Positions 19,488 through 29,354 of a stretch of 64,000 nt of DNA are shown here, one piece after another (position 1 is the stretch's first letter; every line of letters begins with the position of its first letter). The notes beneath the pieces were generated by a model, which ran no database searches, had not been told where the DNA came from, and worked only from the letters and a program-made list of their open reading frames with translations. The translations under genes and the position numbers were made by a program. The stretch comes from an uncultured Clostridia bacterium (GTDB taxonomy: Bacteria > Bacillota > Clostridia > TANB77 > CAG-508), in assembly GCA_947306755.1 (NCBI GenBank), contig CAMZHI010000003.1:6489-70488 (forward strand), read 5' to 3'.

Positions 19488-19724
19488 TCAAATTTTAAAA
19501 TTATTTTGAATGTCCAAAATTAAATAATCTAAATCATCAATCTCTTTTTTGTCTAATCTTAATTTTTTTAATAAATTTTCTTTGTGTTCCTTTAACATTG
19601 TTATTATTTCATCTTTTTGCCTTTGCTCATATAGTTCAAAAAAACTCTCAATTTGTTTCTTTTTACATCCACTATCAATTAAATTTTGTTTAATTGCATC
19701 TTTTAAGTCTTGTTCTCCCCTCAT
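19488..19724 (-). CDS. Small hypothetical protein, first gene of the redox operon
   Basis: 78-aa ORF with an RBS (AAGGAGAG), downstream of a TTGTCA-17-TATAAT promoter read on the minus strand. Confidence 0.4.
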   Translation of the reverse strand: MRGEQDLKDAIKQNLIDSGCKKKQIESFFELYEQRQKDEIITMLKEHKENLLKKLRLDKKEIDDLDYLILDIQNNFKI

Positions 19725-19783
19725 TTGTTCTTAACTCTCCTTTATTTTTTCAATTACATTATACTTTACTTTATTACAATTGA

Positions 19784-19799
19784 CAAATACTTATTTGTT
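19784..19799. promoter_or_regulatory. Candidate LysR-type binding site (ACAAATA-CT-TATTTGT)
   Basis: Perfect 7-bp inverted repeat in the divergent promoter region. Overlaps the -35 of the minus-strand promoter. Confidence 0.4.
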
Positions 19800-19813
19800 A
19801 TATGTATATATAA

Positions 19814-19842
19814 TTGACAGTTATTTGAAAATGTAATATAAT
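19814..19842 (+). promoter_or_regulatory. Consensus sigma-A promoter of the LysR gene
   Basis: TTGACA-17 nt-TATAAT exactly. Confidence 0.65.
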
Positions 19843-19869
19843 GTTTTTGATTTTTAAGGAGTGAAATGT

Positions 19870-20787
19870 ATGGAAATAAGCGATTTAAGATATTTTTTAG
19901 CTGTTGCTAGAGAAGAAAGTATAAAACTTGCATCAGAGTCTTTATATATTAGTCAACCAGGACTTACAAAGGTTATACAAAGATTAGAAAAAGAACTTGG
20001 AAAAGATTTATTTATTAGAAGTAACAGAAAAATAACTTTGACTAATGATGGTATATTATTAAGAAAAAGAGCTCAAGAAATTATAGATTTAGTTGATAAA
20101 ACAAGTAATGAATTTATACAAAATAATAATGATTTATCTGGCGAAATCTTAATTGGTGGTGGAGAGTCTGATGGGATGAAAATAATTACGCAAACTATGA
20201 AATCTCTTTCTGATAAATATCCCAAAATACATTTTCAAATGTATAGTGGAAACGGAGATGACATTTGTGAAAGAATTGATAAAGGTTTATTAGATTTTGG
20301 CGTTCTTATGGGAGTTGCAGATTTAAAAAAATATGATTTTATTAAACTTCCTTACTTTGATAATTGGGGCATATTAATGAAAAAAGATGATCCTTTTGTG
20401 GATAAAGAATATATAACATTAAATGATATGACCAAAATGCCTATTATTTTCCCTACTCAAACAAATGATGCTCCTAACTTAAAAAATTGGTTTGAAAATA
20501 GAAAACATGACTTAAACATTGTTGCAAAATACAATCTTATATATAATGCTGGTTTAATGGTGGAAGAAGGAATTGGAAATGCATTCTGTATTGATAATTT
20601 AATAAATACAACTAATATTAGTAATTTAGTTTTTAAACCTTTAAAACCCAAATTACTGTCTAACATTATGATTATATGGAAAAAATATCAAGTTTTTTCT
20701 GAGCCTAGTAAAAAATTTACAGAAGAATTAAAAAATAATATATCTAATAAACTGGAGGATGAAGTTAAAGAGGGTGTTCTAGAATAG
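19870..20787 (+). CDS. LysR family transcriptional regulator
   Basis: ORF 19861..20787, with start at ATG (MEISDLRYFLAVAREES). N-terminal LysR HTH plus a substrate-binding domain. Confidence 0.85.
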   Translation: MEISDLRYFLAVAREESIKLASESLYISQPGLTKVIQRLEKELGKDLFIRSNRKITLTNDGILLRKRAQEIIDLVDKTSNEFIQNNNDLSGEILIGGGESDGMKIITQTMKSLSDKYPKIHFQMYSGNGDDICERIDKGLLDFGVLMGVADLKKYDFIKLPYFDNWGILMKKDDPFVDKEYITLNDMTKMPIIFPTQTNDAPNLKNWFENRKHDLNIVAKYNLIYNAGLMVEEGIGNAFCIDNLINTTNISNLVFKPLKPKLLSNIMIIWKKYQVFSEPSKKFTEELKNNISNKLEDEVKEGVLE

Positions 20788-20799
20788 GAAACCCTCTTT
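20768..20799 (+). terminator. Hairpin overlapping the end of the LysR gene
   Basis: AAGAGGGT ... ACCCTCTT inverted repeat followed by a T-rich tract. Confidence 0.4.
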
Positions 20800-20830
20800 A
20801 TCATTTATTTAATATAAAATTTTATTTTTT

Positions 20831-20879
20831 TGTTCTCAATATCAAAATATTATAATCTAATTGCTAAATTGTAATTTAT
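20831..20879. repeat. Junction motif copy d
   Basis: Exact AAATTGTAATTT at 20866-20877. Its reverse complement supplies the TAA stop of gene 20876..21328. It is preceded by TGTTCTCAATATCAAAATAT, which resembles the extended repeat. Confidence 0.7.
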
Positions 20880-21328
20880 CTCTTTTTATATACAATTATT
20901 TCTGGATTATCACCATTTGGTCCATATTCACTTACAAGTATAAAATCCATATTTGCAACTATTCCAAAACATCTGATGATTTCTCCATCATTAAATTCAC
21001 TTTCTACTTGATTACCCAAATAAATATCGTTATCATCTAATAATTGAACTGTTTTACCATTCGGAATAGGATAATCTAAATTTACAAAGCAACCATTTAA
21101 TGGGTTTAAATCTTTTATTTTAGGCATACCTGGAATATCCAAACTGTTTATTTCATTTAATAATTGTAATTTAAATGCCTCATAATTATCTTTTCCACCT
21201 GTTAATATATATTTTGCAATAAAACATTGTTTTCCAAATGGGCATCCCCCAGTCACCTTACATCCCTTACAATTGTTGTTTTTTCCATAACCACAATTAC
21301 TGCAATTAGCTCCGCATATTGATTCCAT
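20876..21328 (-). CDS. DUF3795-like Cys-rich protein
   Basis: The N-terminal CGANCSNCGYGKNNNCKGCKVTGGCPFGKQC cluster is typical of DUF3795 (from memory). Confidence 0.5.
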   Translation of the reverse strand: MESICGANCSNCGYGKNNNCKGCKVTGGCPFGKQCFIAKYILTGGKDNYEAFKLQLLNEINSLDIPGMPKIKDLNPLNGCFVNLDYPIPNGKTVQLLDDNDIYLGNQVESEFNDGEIIRCFGIVANMDFILVSEYGPNGDNPEIIVYKKR

Positions 21329-21349
21329 ATTCTATTCCTCCTTAAATTT

Positions 21350-22072
21350 TTATATATTTTTCTTTCTTAAAACAATAGCAATAAAGTTTAAATATTTACA
21401 AGCACCTGCATCTATTGCTTTCTTATCATTTCTAGAATATTCATTATCACATTTTATCCAATCATTCCAACATTCTTCATTGCTTTCCATTTCATAAATT
21501 GAAACAATTTCGCTATCTTTAGATTTAGAAACAATATTTTTCCAATATTCTATATCATGAATATAGTCCAGTTGTTCTGGTGTCCAAGATAATAATAATT
21601 CTTCTGGAATATTATTGTGGCAGTCTTTTTTCATTCCTGGTACAACTATATAAATATATCCACCTTTTTTTATAAAAGGCAAAAGCTTTTCATCTAAATA
21701 TTTCTCATCTCTGCCAAAATAATTATAAGAATCTGTACTAACAACTGCATCAAAAAATTCTTTTTCATATTTTAAATCTGTTGCGTCCATTTTTACTGGA
21801 ATGATTTCTTCTTCTGTTAATCCCATTTCAGTAAAGAATTTTCTATTTTCTTCTGAATCACTCCAAAGGTCAGTTGCATAAACTTTAAATCCATATTCCT
21901 TTACTAAAAAAATTGATGTAATACCTTGTCCACTTCCTAAATCCATAACAACTGAACCTGATTTTATATTATTATCTTTCATAAGCTCTTCTTCTAATTT
22001 TAATGGATTAGGTCCCATAATTTTATCATTTATGAAATTTGTGTTATATTTTGCTGTTTTTTCATATTTCAT
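21350..22072 (-). CDS. Class I SAM-dependent methyltransferase
   Basis: Motif I VMDLGSGQG and post-I acidic residue (YATD). Confidence 0.7.
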   Translation of the reverse strand: MKYEKTAKYNTNFINDKIMGPNPLKLEEELMKDNNIKSGSVVMDLGSGQGITSIFLVKEYGFKVYATDLWSDSEENRKFFTEMGLTEEEIIPVKMDATDLKYEKEFFDAVVSTDSYNYFGRDEKYLDEKLLPFIKKGGYIYIVVPGMKKDCHNNIPEELLLSWTPEQLDYIHDIEYWKNIVSKSKDSEIVSIYEMESNEECWNDWIKCDNEYSRNDKKAIDAGACKYLNFIAIVLRKKNI

Positions 22073-22111
22073 TTTACATTCATCTCCTATTTTTTATTTA
22101 ATAATCTTATA

Positions 22112-24109
22112 TTAGTTTCTCTCTTTAATAATATTTCTGCTACACATATAAGTAATAACAAAATATATTCCATATATTGCAATTAAGAATGCAAATGTAA
22201 TAGCAGAACCATCTAAAATACTATTAACTCCTAAGCTACTTAATATAAATGTGCAAAACTTTAACCCAAATATAGTATGTATAATTGCAAGAGATAGCGG
22301 TAACATAAAGAATATAAATGTTTGTTTAAATAATGACTTATTTATATCTTTTTCATCTGCTCCTATTTGTCTTAATACTCTATATTTATTTTTATCATCT
22401 AAACAATCTGATAATTCTTTTAATGCTAAAATAGCTGATGATGAAATTAAAAAGATGATTCCTAAATATAATCCAATAAAAGTAACAATTGCTGAAAGCC
22501 CAACAGATGCTTCTTTAATTTCTAATTTTGTATCTTTTGTGATAGTAAAAATTGGCTTATAATTTTCTATTTTATTTTCAATATCTTCTATAACTTTTTC
22601 ATCATTTGTACTATAATTTCCAACTAATATCTGACTATGTTTATTATCATTTTCTATTATATTATCATTTACTACAAAAAATCCCAAATTGGTTGGATTA
22701 ACTCCTATTAGTATAAATCCATCAATAATTTTTTTGTATGGTTTTAACCTATTTCCAAATATATTAATGATACTATCTCTGTTTATTACCTCTTTATAAA
22801 TATCAGTTTCATAATTAGAAACAATTGCATATTCATCATTTTCTAATTTAATTGTATCGCAATTATAAATTTTAGCAAGTTTATTATAATCGCTTACACC
22901 TATAATATAAACTGGCGAATCATATCTAACATTAGGGTATCTATCCCTTACTTCATTCTCGTATTCTCCAAGAGATGATCCATAATTCAAATTCTTATCA
23001 TAATAATCTGTAACAATTGTTATATCCTTTGTATTATTTTTTATAATATTATCATCTTCTATAAACTCATTAATGTTAATACTTTTTGTTTCATCACTAT
23101 AATATCCAATCAATTCAAAATCAACAGGTGCATATTTATTAATAGATTCATTAAAGAAATTTTTTATTGTAAAAGCACTTGATAACAAGCACAATGTAAT
23201 AAATAACATTATACAAATTATTGAAATAGATATTACCATTGTATTAATTTTACTACTTATTTGTTTGAAAACAAATGTGTTTAAGTTTTTAGAATAAAGA
23301 TTATGACATTTTGATAATATTTTTAATATCATTCCAGCCACAGAGTAAAAGAATATGGCTGTTCCCAATACTCCGAGAGATATTGGAACTAATAGAATAC
23401 TTACCTCATACTTCAATAATTCATTAATTTTTTCTGTTACTAAATAATATGCTGTGCCTAGCATTAATACAGATATTATAAACAATATAACACAAATGAT
23501 AGTATTTTTTAATTTGATTTTTTCTTGTTTTTTACTTGCTTGTAATAAGTTTATTAATTTATTTTTACTAACTATAATTGTATTAAATATCATTACTATA
23601 AAATATATAATTCCAAAATAAATTATTGTTTTTATTGTAGCTGCCTTTGAAAAATTAAAAGTGAATTTAGTCATATCAGCTTCAAACATATTCGCAATAA
23701 ATATAGAAGTTATTTGTGATAATATAATTCCTAATAATAATCCTACCACTAATGATATTAAACCTATAATAAATGTTTCTATAAGTAAAACAAATGATAT
23801 TTTTCTTTTAGACATTCCAAGAGTCATATATATACCAAATTCTTTATTTCTCTTTTTAATTAAAAATCTCGAAGCATATATAATTAAAAAACCTAGTATT
23901 AATGACACAAACACCGAAACATACGATAACAATTGTATCATTAACTCAATCATTTCATTTTGTCTTGATGTTACTGTTAGCATTGCAGTTTGTGAATCCA
24001 TAGAGTTAAATATATAAAATATACATACCCCTAATATCAATGTTATAAAATATATTGCATAGTCTTTAAAACTTTTCTTAATATTTGAAATAGATAATTT
24101 ACAAAGCAT
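22112..24109 (-). CDS. BceB-type ABC permease (10 TM, FtsX domains, large extracellular loop)
   Basis: 665 aa with two FtsX-like modules separated by a ~220-aa loop. Overlaps the ATPase gene. Adjacent to a BceRS-like two-component system. Confidence 0.8.
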   Translation of the reverse strand: MLCKLSISNIKKSFKDYAIYFITLILGVCIFYIFNSMDSQTAMLTVTSRQNEMIELMIQLLSYVSVFVSLILGFLIIYASRFLIKKRNKEFGIYMTLGMSKRKISFVLLIETFIIGLISLVVGLLLGIILSQITSIFIANMFEADMTKFTFNFSKAATIKTIIYFGIIYFIVMIFNTIIVSKNKLINLLQASKKQEKIKLKNTIICVILFIISVLMLGTAYYLVTEKINELLKYEVSILLVPISLGVLGTAIFFYSVAGMILKILSKCHNLYSKNLNTFVFKQISSKINTMVISISIICIMLFITLCLLSSAFTIKNFFNESINKYAPVDFELIGYYSDETKSININEFIEDDNIIKNNTKDITIVTDYYDKNLNYGSSLGEYENEVRDRYPNVRYDSPVYIIGVSDYNKLAKIYNCDTIKLENDEYAIVSNYETDIYKEVINRDSIINIFGNRLKPYKKIIDGFILIGVNPTNLGFFVVNDNIIENDNKHSQILVGNYSTNDEKVIEDIENKIENYKPIFTITKDTKLEIKEASVGLSAIVTFIGLYLGIIFLISSSAILALKELSDCLDDKNKYRVLRQIGADEKDINKSLFKQTFIFFMLPLSLAIIHTIFGLKFCTFILSSLGVNSILDGSAITFAFLIAIYGIYFVITYMCSRNIIKERN

Positions 24110-24866
24110 CGTTTAAATCACCCCCTAATAGAGTGACAACTTCAATTATATTATCAAAGAAATCCTTTCTTGATTCAGCTCCTTTATGTATTTCATTAAA
24201 AATTTTTCCATCTTTTATAAATATTACACGAGAAGCATAACTTGCAGTAAAAGCATCATGTGTTACCATTAAAATAGTTGAATTTAATTCTTTATTTAAG
24301 TATTCAAAACTATTTAATAATTGGCGAGATGATTTAGAGTCCAATGCTCCTGTTGGTTCATCAGCAAGTATTAAACTAGGATTTGTAATAATTGCTCTTG
24401 CACTTGCAATTCTTTGTTTTTCTCCTCCACTCATTTGATATGGATATTTATTTAATATTGCTTTTATTCCTAATTTTTCAGCAATATCGCTTATTCTTTT
24501 ATTTTGTTCTTTATAAGAAATACCCTGAATAGATAATGCTAAAGATATGTTTTCATATCCTGTCAAAGTATCTAATAAATTAAAATCTTGGAAAATAAAC
24601 CCTAATTTATTTCTTCTAAATTTATTTAATTTATTTCCTTTTAATTTTGTTATATCATCTCCATCCACAAAAATGTGTCCACTTGTTACCTTATCAATTG
24701 TAGAAATCATATTTAAAAGAGTAGTTTTTCCAGAACCACTTGCTCCCATTATTGCAACAAACTCTCCTTTTTCTACTTCAAATGAAATATCATTAATAGC
24801 TTTTGTTAAACTTGATTTACTACCATAATATTTCTCTACTTTTTTTACACTTAATATTTTCTCCAT
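24099..24866 (-). CDS. BceA-type ABC ATP-binding protein
   Basis: Walker A GASGSGKTT, signature MSGGEKQR, Walker [13 protein letters not shown]. Start at ATG (MEKILSV) after AGGAG. Confidence 0.9.
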   Translation of the reverse strand: MEKILSVKKVEKYYGSKSSLTKAINDISFEVEKGEFVAIMGASGSGKTTLLNMISTIDKVTSGHIFVDGDDITKLKGNKLNKFRRNKLGFIFQDFNLLDTLTGYENISLALSIQGISYKEQNKRISDIAEKLGIKAILNKYPYQMSGGEKQRIASARAIITNPSLILADEPTGALDSKSSRQLLNSFEYLNKELNSTILMVTHDAFTASYASRVIFIKDGKIFNEIHKGAESRKDFFDNIIEVVTLLGGDLNDAL

Positions 24867-24937
24867 TCTTCTTGCTCCTTTCAATTTTAATTATAGTAAA
24901 ACAAGTTTGATTTGTCGTTGGATTAATATTACACAAC

Positions 24938-24953
24938 ATTACAATTTTGTAAT
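24938..24953. promoter_or_regulatory. Candidate BceR-type response-regulator box upstream of the ABC genes
   Basis: ATTACAATTTTGTAAT is a perfect palindrome, about 40 nt upstream of a TATAAT read on the minus strand. The same 14-mer TTACAATTTTGTAA occurs at 26697-26710. Confidence 0.55.
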
Positions 24954-24969
24954 ATTATGTACTTTTTCA

Positions 24970-25986
24970 TTACATTGCTCCTTTGTAAATATTATTTTTA
25001 CCAAATTCTAGTATTACTTTAGTATATTGATTTTCTTTGCTTTCAATACTAATATTGTGACCTAGTTTGTCACATAATTTCTTAATAATATATAATCCCA
25101 TTCCAGTTGATTTCACTTTATCTCTCCCATTTGTTCCAGTAAAAGATTTATCAAAAACTCTTTTTAAATCTTTTTCGGGGATACCTATTCCATTATCATA
25201 TATTTCTAGTATCACTTTATCTTTATTTTCTGAGCTTTCTATTTTTATAATTGATTCACTTTCTTTTTTATATTTAATGCTGTTATTAATAATTTGATTT
25301 ATTATAAACTCTAGCCATTTTTTATCAGAATTTGCACTAGTTGCTTTCAAATCAACTTCAAATTCTATATTGTTTTCAAGTAAATCGTCTTTATTTTTTA
25401 AACTAATATTTCTAACTACTTCTTTTAAATCAATTTCTGTAATTATAAAATCTTTTTCTGTATCTTCTGATCTAACATAATAAAGAATTTCATCTATATT
25501 ATTGTCTAGTCTCCTAATCTGACTTAAAAAAGATTTATCATACTTTTCTGGATTATTATGACATTTTAGAACCATACTTGAAATAGGGATTTTAGCTTCA
25601 TGAATCCATATCTCAACAAATTCTTTAAAATCATTAATGTTTTTTTGACTTATCTTTATGTTTTCTATCATTGATTTATTTATTTCATATAATGAATTAA
25701 CCATTATTTTCTCTTCATATGTAGTTGGCTCTGGCAGCGTTTCTAATATTAAAAACTTCTTATCAAGCTTTTCAAGATTATCCATAAATAATTTATAAAA
25801 CTTATTTTTTCTTATATAGCTAATAGCTAATATTAGCACTCCACTTAAAATAAAAAATATAAATGTTATTATTAATGCAATGCTTGGTGTTTTAAATGCA
25901 GCAAGCATTAATGCTATTAAGCTTGCAGTTACTAAATAAATTACTATACCTATTAAATTATCTTTTACATATTTTAAAAATTTCAT
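24970..25986 (-). CDS. BceS-type sensor histidine kinase (two TM, no sensing loop)
   Basis: Two N-terminal TM helices with a minimal loop, an H-box (IWIHEAKIP), and N/G boxes (NSIKY, DNGIGI, GTGMGL). Confidence 0.85.
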   Translation of the reverse strand: MKFLKYVKDNLIGIVIYLVTASLIALMLAAFKTPSIALIITFIFFILSGVLILAISYIRKNKFYKLFMDNLEKLDKKFLILETLPEPTTYEEKIMVNSLYEINKSMIENIKISQKNINDFKEFVEIWIHEAKIPISSMVLKCHNNPEKYDKSFLSQIRRLDNNIDEILYYVRSEDTEKDFIITEIDLKEVVRNISLKNKDDLLENNIEFEVDLKATSANSDKKWLEFIINQIINNSIKYKKESESIIKIESSENKDKVILEIYDNGIGIPEKDLKRVFDKSFTGTNGRDKVKSTGMGLYIIKKLCDKLGHNISIESKENQYTKVILEFGKNNIYKGAM

Positions 25987-26645
25987 ATTATTCTATATCC
26001 TATTCCTTTTCTTGTTTCTATAATATTATCATATCCAAGCTCAGAGAGTTTTGCTCTTAATCTGCTTATATTAACAGTTAAAGCATTTTCGTTTATATAT
26101 TCATCATTATTCCAAAGGTCAGTCATTATCTCATCCTTTGATACTATTCTGTCTTGATGATTTAAAAGCAAACTAAAGATTATTATTTCATTTTTAGTTA
26201 ATATCACTTCTGCATTTTTATTCTTCACTATTCCTTTTCCAATATCAAAGCTTAAATCTTTATATGAAATAATATTTGAATTTAGCTCACACCTTTTAAA
26301 AATAGCTGCAATCTTTAATAATAATATCGTTGGATTATATGGCTTTATTATATAATCATCTGCTCCATAAGAATAAGACAATACTTCATCAGTTTCGGAA
26401 GTTTTACTTGTAACCATAATAATAGGAACATTTGATTCTTTTCTTATCTCTTTTAGCAAAATTTCTCCGTTTAATATTGGAATATTAATATCAAGTAATA
26501 TAAGGTCTACTCCAGATTTTAATATTTCATTTTTAGCATTTTTGAAATCAGTTAATATAATTGCTTCATAATTTGAGCTTTTTAATAAATTATATAATTC
26601 TTCTGCTATAACTTTATCATCTTCGACTATCATTATTTTTTTCAT
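25983..26645 (-). CDS. OmpR-family response regulator (BceR-like)
   Basis: Receiver domain (MIVEDD...DLILLDINIP) plus a winged-helix output (LTKNEIIIFSLLL...RKGIGYR). Confidence 0.9.
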   Translation of the reverse strand: MKKIMIVEDDKVIAEELYNLLKSSNYEAIILTDFKNAKNEILKSGVDLILLDINIPILNGEILLKEIRKESNVPIIMVTSKTSETDEVLSYSYGADDYIIKPYNPTILLLKIAAIFKRCELNSNIISYKDLSFDIGKGIVKNKNAEVILTKNEIIIFSLLLNHQDRIVSKDEIMTDLWNNDEYINENALTVNISRLRAKLSELGYDNIIETRKGIGYRII

Positions 26646-26691
26646 TATGTTTAGACCTCCAAATTAATTATATCACACTTTTTATGAAAAT

Positions 26692-26713
26692 AACCTTACA
26701 ATTTTGTAAGGTT
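26692..26713. promoter_or_regulatory. Second BceR-type box (also a potential hairpin) upstream of the RR-HK operon
   Basis: AACCTTACAATTTTGTAAGGTT has a perfect 9-bp stem, about 22 nt upstream of a TATAAT read on the minus strand. Confidence 0.5.
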
Positions 26714-26751
26714 AAAATTAAAAATATTTTAGTATATAAATCCCTCTATTT

Positions 26752-26767
26752 AAATTGATTGTAATTT
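26752..26767. repeat. Degenerate junction motif copy e
   Basis: AAATTGATTGTAATTT, 4 nt from the stop of gene 26771..27484. Confidence 0.4.
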
Positions 26768-26770
26768 GTA

Positions 26771-27484
26771 TTAATGTTTTTTATAATTAATATTCGCTAA
26801 TTTTGCTTGTTTACACAAATCTTTTGTTTGAATCTTATATTTCTCTCCATCTTTTATAGTATAAGTTCCACATTGTCTAAATTCAAAATCTACATTTTTT
26901 CTTATACATTGTTCTCTAATATCTAATGCCCATTCATAATTGAATACTCTAGCATTTACATCTGATTCTCCTCCAACTACAACAAGTTCAATATCATCAA
27001 GATACTTTTCAATGTCTATTTTCTCTAATAATGGCTGTGCTGTTATACATTTATGTTTTATTGGTAAATCTTTAAAAATTGATAATTTAGAATCTGCATT
27101 TTTTTGATTTTCAATCGTACAACATACAACTACATTATCGTATCCATCTTCCCAATCATCTGGAATACATTTCATAAATCTATCAATTCTTTTTGTTAGA
27201 AATAAAAAAGTACACTCCTGCCTTTCTTTAATCATTTTCCAACAGTCTTTTCTCCACTCATCTGCTTCTTCTATTAGAAAATCAGTAGAAAAACATAAAT
27301 AAACAATTCCTGATTTCATCTTATAATTTCTGTTTTTTAATTTTTCTATTGGCTTTTCAAAATCTTTTGTCTTTACAATATTACTTGTATCTATATTTCT
27401 TTTTAAATCACCCTTATGAATGTAGCAATGTAGACAACCATCACTACATTTTTTACATCCTCGCCACGGATTCCACATTGCCAT
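26771..27484 (-). CDS. DUF5131 (phage Gp37/Gp68-like) family protein
   Basis: The N-terminus MWNPWRGCKKCSDGCLHCY is the family hallmark. Paralog of 33154..33987. Confidence 0.7.
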   Translation of the reverse strand: MAMWNPWRGCKKCSDGCLHCYIHKGDLKRNIDTSNIVKTKDFEKPIEKLKNRNYKMKSGIVYLCFSTDFLIEEADEWRKDCWKMIKERQECTFLFLTKRIDRFMKCIPDDWEDGYDNVVVCCTIENQKNADSKLSIFKDLPIKHKCITAQPLLEKIDIEKYLDDIELVVVGGESDVNARVFNYEWALDIREQCIRKNVDFEFRQCGTYTIKDGEKYKIQTKDLCKQAKLANINYKKH

Positions 27485-27497
27485 AATAAGCTCTCCT

Positions 27498-28001
27498 TTA
27501 TATATTATAATTTCTTGTTCTTATATAATTTCCTTCTTGTACTGCAGCAAATGTTGCAATACTGCATATGATAATTTCAAATATTATTGAATTAGTATTA
27601 GCTATTATAAAAGGTGTTATAAATAATATGAATCCTGTTATTTTGTTTGCAGTGGTATGTAATAATACTAATTTTTTGTAACAAATATAAGCACATATTA
27701 CATTAGTAACTTTTATTAAAGCAATAATAACTGTCCATATAATTATTCCCTTAGATAAATTTAAAGCAGGTAATATTTTAATAATTGCCACAATAACAAA
27801 TATTATATCAGATGCACTATCTAATCTAGCTCCTAGCTTACTTTCATTTTTACTTTTTCTTGCAATAAATCCATCTAGTATATCTGATATACCACAATAA
27901 ATATATATTATATAAAATGGGAAAGAAAATGTTTCTGAAATAGCTAATATTATTGACATTATTATTCTGCTAATAGATAAATAATTTGCTATATTTTTCA
28001 T
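27498..28001 (-). CDS. CDP-alcohol phosphatidyltransferase family protein
   Basis: DILDGFIARKSKNESKLGARLDSASD matches the D-G-x2-A-R-x8-G-x3-D-x3-D signature. Polytopic membrane protein. Confidence 0.75.
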   Translation of the reverse strand: MKNIANYLSISRIIMSIILAISETFSFPFYIIYIYCGISDILDGFIARKSKNESKLGARLDSASDIIFVIVAIIKILPALNLSKGIIIWTVIIALIKVTNVICAYICYKKLVLLHTTANKITGFILFITPFIIANTNSIIFEIIICSIATFAAVQEGNYIRTRNYNI

Positions 28002-28216
28002 TATATCCCACTTTCTATTTTTTGTATTAAAACATATTTCTCTTTTATTGATATTTTTACAACTTCATAGCCATATTCTAATAATTCTTTTTTGTATTTT
28101 AAAAATGAATGATCAATATCAAATCCTAAAATATTTCTTATTTCTTCATAAGGAATTTGATATTTTGCTTTTTGATTATCTTTAATGTATTTCCAAAATG
28201 GCTCATATTTACTCAT
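28001..28216 (-). CDS. Small hypothetical protein
   Basis: ORF 28001..28222 with start at MSKYEPFWKYI after GAGGT. Abuts the downstream gene. Confidence 0.45.
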   Translation of the reverse strand: MSKYEPFWKYIKDNQKAKYQIPYEEIRNILGFDIDHSFLKYKKELLEYGYEVVKISIKEKYVLIQKIESGI

Positions 28217-28233
28217 ATACATACCTCATAAAT

Positions 28234-28710
28234 TTATATTTCTATCAAACTCTTTTCAAAATCTTTAACATAGTATTTTATATTTTTTGTGCCTTTTGAA
28301 ATAATTGTGTGTCCTTCTTCTTCAAGTAATCTTTTTTGTAGTTCTATTGCCTCTGGATATTTAACATTTAATTCCCCATCTGATTTTAAAGTTCTCCAAT
28401 ATGGTGTAATATCTTCGTTTCTTTGATAACTAGCCCAAGCAACAATATTTACAAATATACCTGCTGTCATAGGATCAGTAAAATCAGCATTATTTTTCTT
28501 TGCTAAATAATCTCTCATTTGACTAACTGTGATAAGTTTTCCTTTTGGAACTTTTTTCATTAGTTCATCATAATAATGTGGTGGTGCAAAAAACATTTTA
28601 GTTCCACCATATTTTCTTATAGTCTTTTCATCTTCAACAATTTGAATTTTAGGCATATCCTTATTGTTTTTCATCATAGCGTTAAAATCTTTTTTACTCT
28701 CATTAGACAT
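28234..28710 (-). CDS. MGMT-family (alkyltransferase DNA-binding-domain-like) protein, no obvious PCHR active site
   Basis: The pattern KGKLITVSQMRDYLA...TPYWRTLKSDGELN resembles the MGMT DNA-binding domain. The catalytic Cys motif is not seen. Confidence 0.45.
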   Translation of the reverse strand: MSNESKKDFNAMMKNNKDMPKIQIVEDEKTIRKYGGTKMFFAPPHYYDELMKKVPKGKLITVSQMRDYLAKKNNADFTDPMTAGIFVNIVAWASYQRNEDITPYWRTLKSDGELNVKYPEAIELQKRLLEEEGHTIISKGTKNIKYYVKDFEKSLIEI

Positions 28711-28805
28711 ATTCTTATCTCTCCAATCTAAACAACAAATTACTATTTTTCTTTATACTACATGTTAACAATATTACTTATATTATTACTTAAATTCTGC
28801 TCATC

Positions 28806-28824
28806 TTTATAAATTGTAATTTAT
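28806..28824. repeat. Junction motif copy f
   Basis: Exact AAATTGTAATTT at 28811-28822. Its reverse complement supplies the TAA stop of gene 28821..29336. Confidence 0.8.
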
Positions 28825-29336
28825 TGTGATAATTCAAAATCAATTTCATACTTATCATCAACTAAAATATATCTTTGATTATACTTTTTACACATTTCTA
28901 AATTAGCATTATTCTCTTTTATTAGTTCTTCTTGTGATATATCCTCAAATTTTCTGCTTTCTATTGTATTACTATACATTTTAATATCAGAAAAATGTGT
29001 TCTAATATAGTTTTCTGTCATTATTAAACAAACATATTGTATTTTCTTTAAATACTCATCTTCAAAAGATTCTTTCCAATTAAAAGGAATGTAACATCCT
29101 TCAATAATAATATTTTGATTGTTTTCTATATTTGTTTTTATAATTTCTTTAACTATATTCCATAAATAATCTGTTAGTTTATCATCATCTTCTACTGTCA
29201 ATTGAGTATTTTCACTTCTTATTAGTCCCATCTTTAAATGATCTATTGATAAATATGGATATTTATACTTTTCTAATAGTTTTTGTGCTAATAAAGTTTT
29301 GCCTGTATGTGAACTTCCAGCTATTAAAATAACCAT
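28821..29336 (-). CDS. P-loop NTPase / kinase-like protein
   Basis: Walker A GSSHTGKT at the N-terminus. 171 aa. Confidence 0.55.
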   Translation of the reverse strand: MVILIAGSSHTGKTLLAQKLLEKYKYPYLSIDHLKMGLIRSENTQLTVEDDDKLTDYLWNIVKEIIKTNIENNQNIIIEGCYIPFNWKESFEDEYLKKIQYVCLIMTENYIRTHFSDIKMYSNTIESRKFEDISQEELIKENNANLEMCKKYNQRYILVDDKYEIDFELSQ

Positions 29337-29354
29337 AACTCCCTCCCATAGAAA

